Source of the DNA: a candidate division WOR-3 bacterium
Lineage (GTDB): Bacteria; Hydrothermota; Hydrothermia; Hydrothermales; Hydrothermaceae
Direction of reading: 5' to 3'
DNA: 29,042 bases
NCBI GenBank assembly: GCA_039803805.1
Contig: JBDRZF010000001.1
Location: forward strand, 1 to 29,042
Made by a program: the position numbers and the translations under genes. Under the pieces are notes generated by a model. That model did not search any database and was not told where the DNA came from. It saw only the letters and a program-made list of their open reading frames with translations. Below, one piece after another: positions 24,851-29,042 of the stretch (position 1 is its first letter; each line of letters begins with the position of its first letter).

Positions 24851-25344
24851 TCAGTTAAACTTACTCTTACAAGCCTTTGATCTGAAGAAAAAGTTATTTT
24901 TAAATTTCCACCAAATGCCTTTTTTATTTTCATACCCAGTTTTTTTGAGAGATGACCTGTTGTTGTCTCAATATATATCCTCTCTTCATCAAAATTCAAT
25001 TTCATGATCTTTTCAAGGGGATTTCTTTTTTGTTCTAATTCAACTACATTTCTTATTAAATTATTAATTTCTTCTTTTTTTGTTTTTACATATTTTGCAT
25101 TCACCTCAAGAATCCCAAAAGGATAATTATCCTTTATTTTTCTGCAAGCAGGGCAATCCTTTAAATCAAACTTAATTCCTCTTTCACTCAGTTCCTGAGC
25201 GAGTTTTTCATCCTTAATCCATCTTTTTTGATGAAAAACAAGTCCACAGGTTGGACAAACTGTAGGGTCTTTATAAATGCCTTTATCCATATAAGGGTCC
25301 TTTAATTTCTCCTCATATTTCCTTGTGTCTTTCCCTCTACCCAT
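24847..25344 (-). CDS. BCAM0308-like uncharacterised protein with Zn-ribbon
   Basis: DPYM...CPTCGLVFHQKRW...CPACRKIKDNYPFG...EEINNLIRN...NPLEKI...IETTTGHL...AFGG. Start moved to ATG 25344, which has GGGAGGG SD. Confidence 0.7.
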   Translation of the reverse strand: MGRGKDTRKYEEKLKDPYMDKGIYKDPTVCPTCGLVFHQKRWIKDEKLAQELSERGIKFDLKDCPACRKIKDNYPFGILEVNAKYVKTKKEEINNLIRNVVELEQKRNPLEKIMKLNFDEERIYIETTTGHLSKKLGMKIKKAFGGNLKITFSSDQRLVRVSLTD

Positions 25345-25349
25345 AATTT

Positions 25350-28268
25350 TTACCCTCCCTTGCCATGACAATATTTATATTTTTTCCCACTTCCACAGGG
25401 ACAAGGGTCATTTCTTCCAACTTTTGGAATTTCTCTCACAAAAGGTTTTCTAACAACTTCTTCAATCTCTTCTTTTCTTATTCTTGGAGGCTCTGCTTTT
25501 CTTTCAGTAGATATCCTTGAAAGTTCTGGATGTTCTGCTTTTATTTTTTCTAATTGTCTTCTCGGAACCTGAGCAACCTGAACCTTTAAAACCCTATTAA
25601 CTGTTTCATTTCTTATTCTTCTCATAAGTTCTTCAAACATCTTATAACTTTCTTGCTTATATTCAACAAGAGGGTCCTTTTGACCATAAGCCCTTAAATA
25701 TATACCTTCTCTTAAATGATCTAATGAATAAAGATGGTCTCTCCATGCTTCATCAAGGGTATAAAGTAAAGCCATCCTCTCAAGTTCTCTCATTCTTTCC
25801 TCACCTATTAGTTCTTCTCTCTCTTTATAAATAACTTCTATTTCTTTCATTATTAGTTCCTTCAATTCTTCCCTATTTTTAGCCTCCTCAATTCCTTTAA
25901 AATCAGAAAGAAAATAAAAACCAAGTTCACCTTTTAAATTAAGGATATCCCAATCCTCTTTATAATCAGTTGGACAATATTTTTCTATTATTTCCATAAC
26001 TATATCCTCTATGTATTCCATTATATACTTCTTAACCTCAGAACCATCAAGTATTTCATTTCTTAAACCATAAATAACTTCTCTTTGTTTATTCATTACA
26101 TCATCAAATTCTAAAAGTCTTTTCCTTATTTCAAAATTTTGCATCTCAACTCTTTTTTGTGCAGTCTCAAGTGCTTTTGTCACCATTTTGCTTTCAATAG
26201 GACCTTCATCCTTTGAACCAAATCTTTCCATTAAAGCCATTACTTTATCAGAGCCAAAGAGTCTTAAAAGGTCATCCTCTAATGAAAGGAAAAATCTTGT
26301 AGTTCCGGGGTCACCTTGCCTTCCTGCTCTTCCCCTTAATTGCCTATCTATTCTTCTTGCTTCATGCTTTTCTGTTCCTATTATCATAAGCCCTCCAAGT
26401 TCTTTAACTCCTTCACCAAGTTTAATATCAGTTCCTCTTCCTGCCATATTAGTTGCTATTGTAACAGCATATTTTTGACCTGCCCTTGCAACTATCTCTG
26501 CTTCTTTCTGATGATGTTTTGCATTTAAAACATGATGGGGAATATTCTCCTTTTTAAGAAGTCTTGATAAAAATTCAGAAGTTTCAACAGAAGTTGTTCC
26601 AACAAGAACAGGTCTTCCAATTGAATACCACTTTTTAACTTCATCAACAACTGCCTTAAATTTCTGTTTTTTAGTTTTAAAGATTATATCAGGTAAATCC
26701 TGCCTTATACATGGCTTATTTGTTGGTATAACAACAACATCAAGTTTATATATTTCCCAGAATTCAGCAGCCTCTGTTATTGCTGTTCCTGTCATTCCTG
26801 CAAGTTTTTCATACATCCTGAAATAATTTTGAATTGTAATTGTTGCAAGGGTCTGTGTTTCTTTTTGAATTGTTACACCTTCCTTTGCTTCAACTGCTTC
26901 ATGTAATCCATCTGACCATCTCCTTCCATACATAAGCCTTCCAGTAAACTCATCAACTATTATAACCTTACCATCCATTACAACATAATCAACATCTTTT
27001 TCAAAGAGAGAATATGCTTTAAAGAGCTGCTTTATTGCATGAATTTTTTCTGATTTTTCAGAATACTCTCTTAAAATTCTTTCTTTTTCAAAAAACTTTT
27101 CCCTTGGAGTTAAATCCTCTCTTTTATCTATTTCATGAAGTTCTATACTCAAATCAGGAAGCAAAAATAAATCCTTTTCCCTTTTATGTATTTCCTCTCT
27201 TCCTTTTTCAGTTATATCAACTGAATGAGCCTTTTCATCAATAACATAGTAAAGCGCTTGGTCAAACTCATGAAGTTTTTTCTCTTTCATCAAAGAAAGT
27301 TCAAAATTCTCAACAAGTCTCATCATATCAGGCTCTTGCAGAAGTTTAAAGAGCCTTTTTGATTTTGGAGCACCCCTTTTTGCAAGTAAAAGTTTTTTAG
27401 CGGCTTCTTCTTTATTTCCTTCTTTTAATAGTCTTTCAGCCTCCTGCAATATGTTATTTATAAGCAAATTTTGCTTTCTAACAATCTCTTCTACAAGGGG
27501 TTTTGCCTTTACATAAATATAATTTGTTGACCTTTCAACAGGACCTGAAATTATAAGTGGTGTTCTTGCTTCATCTATTAATATTGAATCAACTTCATCA
27601 ATTATTGCATAGTAATGACCTCTTTGAACCCTATCCTCTTTTCTAAATACCATATTATCCCTTAAATAATCAAACCCAAATTCATTATTTGTTCCATAAG
27701 TAATATCTTTTTGATATTCAGGCTTTCTTTCAGAAGGCTCCATTCCTGCCTGTATTACTCCAACACTTACCCCAAGGGATTCATAAACAGGACCCATCCA
27801 TTCCCTGTCTCTTTTTGCAAGATAATCATTCACAGTAACAAGATGGCAGTTTCTTCCTGTTAATGCATTTAAATAAAGGGGCATTGTTGCAACAAGGGTT
27901 TTGCCTTCTCCTGTTGCCATTTCTGCTATTTTACCCTGGTGAAGAACAATAGCACCAAGAAGTTGAACATCAAAGGGTATCATATCCCATTCGGTTTTTA
28001 TTCCACAAACTTCCCAAGATTTTCCAACAAGCCTTCTGCATGCTTCTTTTACATAAGCATATGCCTCAATCATTATATCATCAAGAGTTACTTCTCCTTT
28101 TTGTATTGCTTTTTTCCATTCCTCTGTCTTTTTGATTAGATCTTCATCTCTTAGGTTATGGATTTTCTCATATATTTCATTTATCTTATGAACATAAGGC
28201 CATAATTTCCTTAAAACCCTTTCATTTCTTGATACAAATATTTTTTTCAAAATATTTTTAAAAATCAT
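25350..28268 (-). CDS. secA: Preprotein translocase ATPase SecA with C-terminal SEC-C Zn motif
   Basis: [75 protein letters not shown] and [19 protein letters not shown]. Confidence 0.99.
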   Translation of the reverse strand: MIFKNILKKIFVSRNERVLRKLWPYVHKINEIYEKIHNLRDEDLIKKTEEWKKAIQKGEVTLDDIMIEAYAYVKEACRRLVGKSWEVCGIKTEWDMIPFDVQLLGAIVLHQGKIAEMATGEGKTLVATMPLYLNALTGRNCHLVTVNDYLAKRDREWMGPVYESLGVSVGVIQAGMEPSERKPEYQKDITYGTNNEFGFDYLRDNMVFRKEDRVQRGHYYAIIDEVDSILIDEARTPLIISGPVERSTNYIYVKAKPLVEEIVRKQNLLINNILQEAERLLKEGNKEEAAKKLLLAKRGAPKSKRLFKLLQEPDMMRLVENFELSLMKEKKLHEFDQALYYVIDEKAHSVDITEKGREEIHKREKDLFLLPDLSIELHEIDKREDLTPREKFFEKERILREYSEKSEKIHAIKQLFKAYSLFEKDVDYVVMDGKVIIVDEFTGRLMYGRRWSDGLHEAVEAKEGVTIQKETQTLATITIQNYFRMYEKLAGMTGTAITEAAEFWEIYKLDVVVIPTNKPCIRQDLPDIIFKTKKQKFKAVVDEVKKWYSIGRPVLVGTTSVETSEFLSRLLKKENIPHHVLNAKHHQKEAEIVARAGQKYAVTIATNMAGRGTDIKLGEGVKELGGLMIIGTEKHEARRIDRQLRGRAGRQGDPGTTRFFLSLEDDLLRLFGSDKVMALMERFGSKDEGPIESKMVTKALETAQKRVEMQNFEIRKRLLEFDDVMNKQREVIYGLRNEILDGSEVKKYIMEYIEDIVMEIIEKYCPTDYKEDWDILNLKGELGFYFLSDFKGIEEAKNREELKELIMKEIEVIYKEREELIGEERMRELERMALLYTLDEAWRDHLYSLDHLREGIYLRAYGQKDPLVEYKQESYKMFEELMRRIRNETVNRVLKVQVAQVPRRQLEKIKAEHPELSRISTERKAEPPRIRKEEIEEVVRKPFVREIPKVGRNDPCPCGSGKKYKYCHGKGG

Positions 28269-29041
28269 TCCTCTTCACCTCCTAAGAAAACATATCTTTG
28301 TAAATCCTTTTGATATTCTGACCATCTTGCTCCTTCTTTACTTTCCTCTCTTGCTCTCTTAAATTTAAACATCTGTGTATCCATATAATCAGCAAAATGT
28401 AAAAGAAGGGCTTCTTCTGTCATCGGTTCGGCTATTGCACCCATGCTTTTTTCTCCATGATGGGAAGCAATCATATGCAAAATTCTCAATTTTAAATCCT
28501 CTGGGAAATTATTTATTTTACTTATTTTCTCATCAACTATTTTTATTCCAAGATAAATATGATCTAAAAGCCTTCCTTCATCAGAAAGGTCAATTCCAGT
28601 TCTATATTCATAAGTTTTTATCTTTCCAATATCATGTAAAAGTGCCCCTGTTATCAAAACATCCCTTTTTATTTCAGGATAAACTTCTATAAGAACTTCA
28701 AGTATCCGAACAACATTCAATGTATGCTCAATTAAGCCACCAATATAGGCATGGTGTATCTTCTTTGCAGCAGGTGCTCTTATAAATTCTTTCCTTATAT
28801 AAGGATCATTGAAAACACTGTCAAGCAGTCTTCTTAAATATTCATTTTCAATAGTAATGATAATTGCTTCAAGCATATTTTCCATTTCATTTATATCTCT
28901 TGGAGAGGAAGGTAGAATTTCTCTTAAGTCAATTTCCTCTATTTCATTTGCCTCATATAATTTACATACAATTTCCCCATCCCTTTCATAAACCTCACCT
29001 TTAATTTTAAAAATTCCCTCTTTTAAAATTTTATCAAAATT
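28265..29041 (-). CDS. yhaM: YhaM-like 3'-5' exoribonuclease (OB-fold + HD), 5'-partial
   Basis: [36 protein letters not shown] and LHFADYMD. The frame stays open upstream of the track's ATG 28885 to the edge (...[41 protein letters not shown]), matching the end of the OB-fold. Confidence 0.85.
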   Translation of the reverse strand, partial: NFDKILKEGIFKIKGEVYERDGEIVCKLYEANEIEEIDLREILPSSPRDINEMENMLEAIIITIENEYLRRLLDSVFNDPYIRKEFIRAPAAKKIHHAYIGGLIEHTLNVVRILEVLIEVYPEIKRDVLITGALLHDIGKIKTYEYRTGIDLSDEGRLLDHIYLGIKIVDEKISKINNFPEDLKLRILHMIASHHGEKSMGAIAEPMTEEALLLHFADYMDTQMFKFKRAREESKEGARWSEYQKDLQRYVFLGGEEE

Positions 29042-29042
29042 T

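Noticed and set aside
3413-28991. Short opposite-strand or alternate-frame ORFs in the track (e.g. 3413-3688, 5155-5358, 5427-5693, 5894-6100, 7015-7275, 9991-10230, 12394-12612, 17554-17886, 19101-19709, 21560-21862, 22490-22813, 26188-26478, 28375-28692, 28809-28991)
   Set aside because: They lie inside confidently identified genes, have shadow-ORF composition (Leu/Phe/Ser/Ile-rich mirrors of Lys/Glu codons), and show no SD or recognisable motifs.
1-29042. CRISPR arrays, tRNA/rRNA, riboswitches, IS elements, prophage or defence genes, selenocysteine recoding
   Set aside because: Intergenic gaps are all under ~100 bp, with no spaced repeats, GC-rich structured RNA, transposase or nuclease motifs. 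The CxxC motifs are all Cys-encoded. An Infernal/Rfam scan was not possible.

Overview
AT-rich, densely coded chromosomal window from a diderm bacterium. It is probably a thermophile of the FCB-like lineages; WOR-3/Hydrothermae is an inference from the T9SS C-terminal sorting domain, SecA with an expanded crosslinking domain, Thermococcales/Thermotoga-type RtcB and a two-CxxC protein-disulfide oxidoreductase. I found no mobile element, CRISPR array, tRNA or rRNA. Content: (a) minus-strand envelope operon of lipoprotein, beta-barrel/3x carboxypeptidase-regulatory-like/OmpA fusion and a partial membrane protein; (b) speE-speB; (c) gldA/gldF/gldG-like ABC module plus DUF4340; (d) PQQ-like beta-propeller T9SS cargo plus a small coupled ORF; (e) DUF5683-like, M42 peptidase, dapB, acyl-CoA dehydrogenase, lipA; (f) TonB-dependent receptor convergent with an SppA carrying an extra N-terminal beta-barrel-like domain; (g) PDO, DUF2892, D-amino-acid aminotransferase, rtcB; (h) yhaM (partial), secA, BCAM0308-like, corC-like. 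Three signals are not explained by these gene calls. First, the Bacteroidetes O-glycosylation sequon D-[S/T]-[A/I/L/V/M/T] is about 7-fold enriched (hand count) in exported versus cytoplasmic proteins, with 14 copies in one lipoprotein. Second, matching sigmaW/sigmaM-like ECF promoters (GAAAC-N17-yGT, T-rich spacer) precede the two convergent outer-membrane genes, TBDR and barrel-SppA. Third, several operon-first genes have leaderless or SD-less starts. All family assignments come from motif recognition, not database searches.
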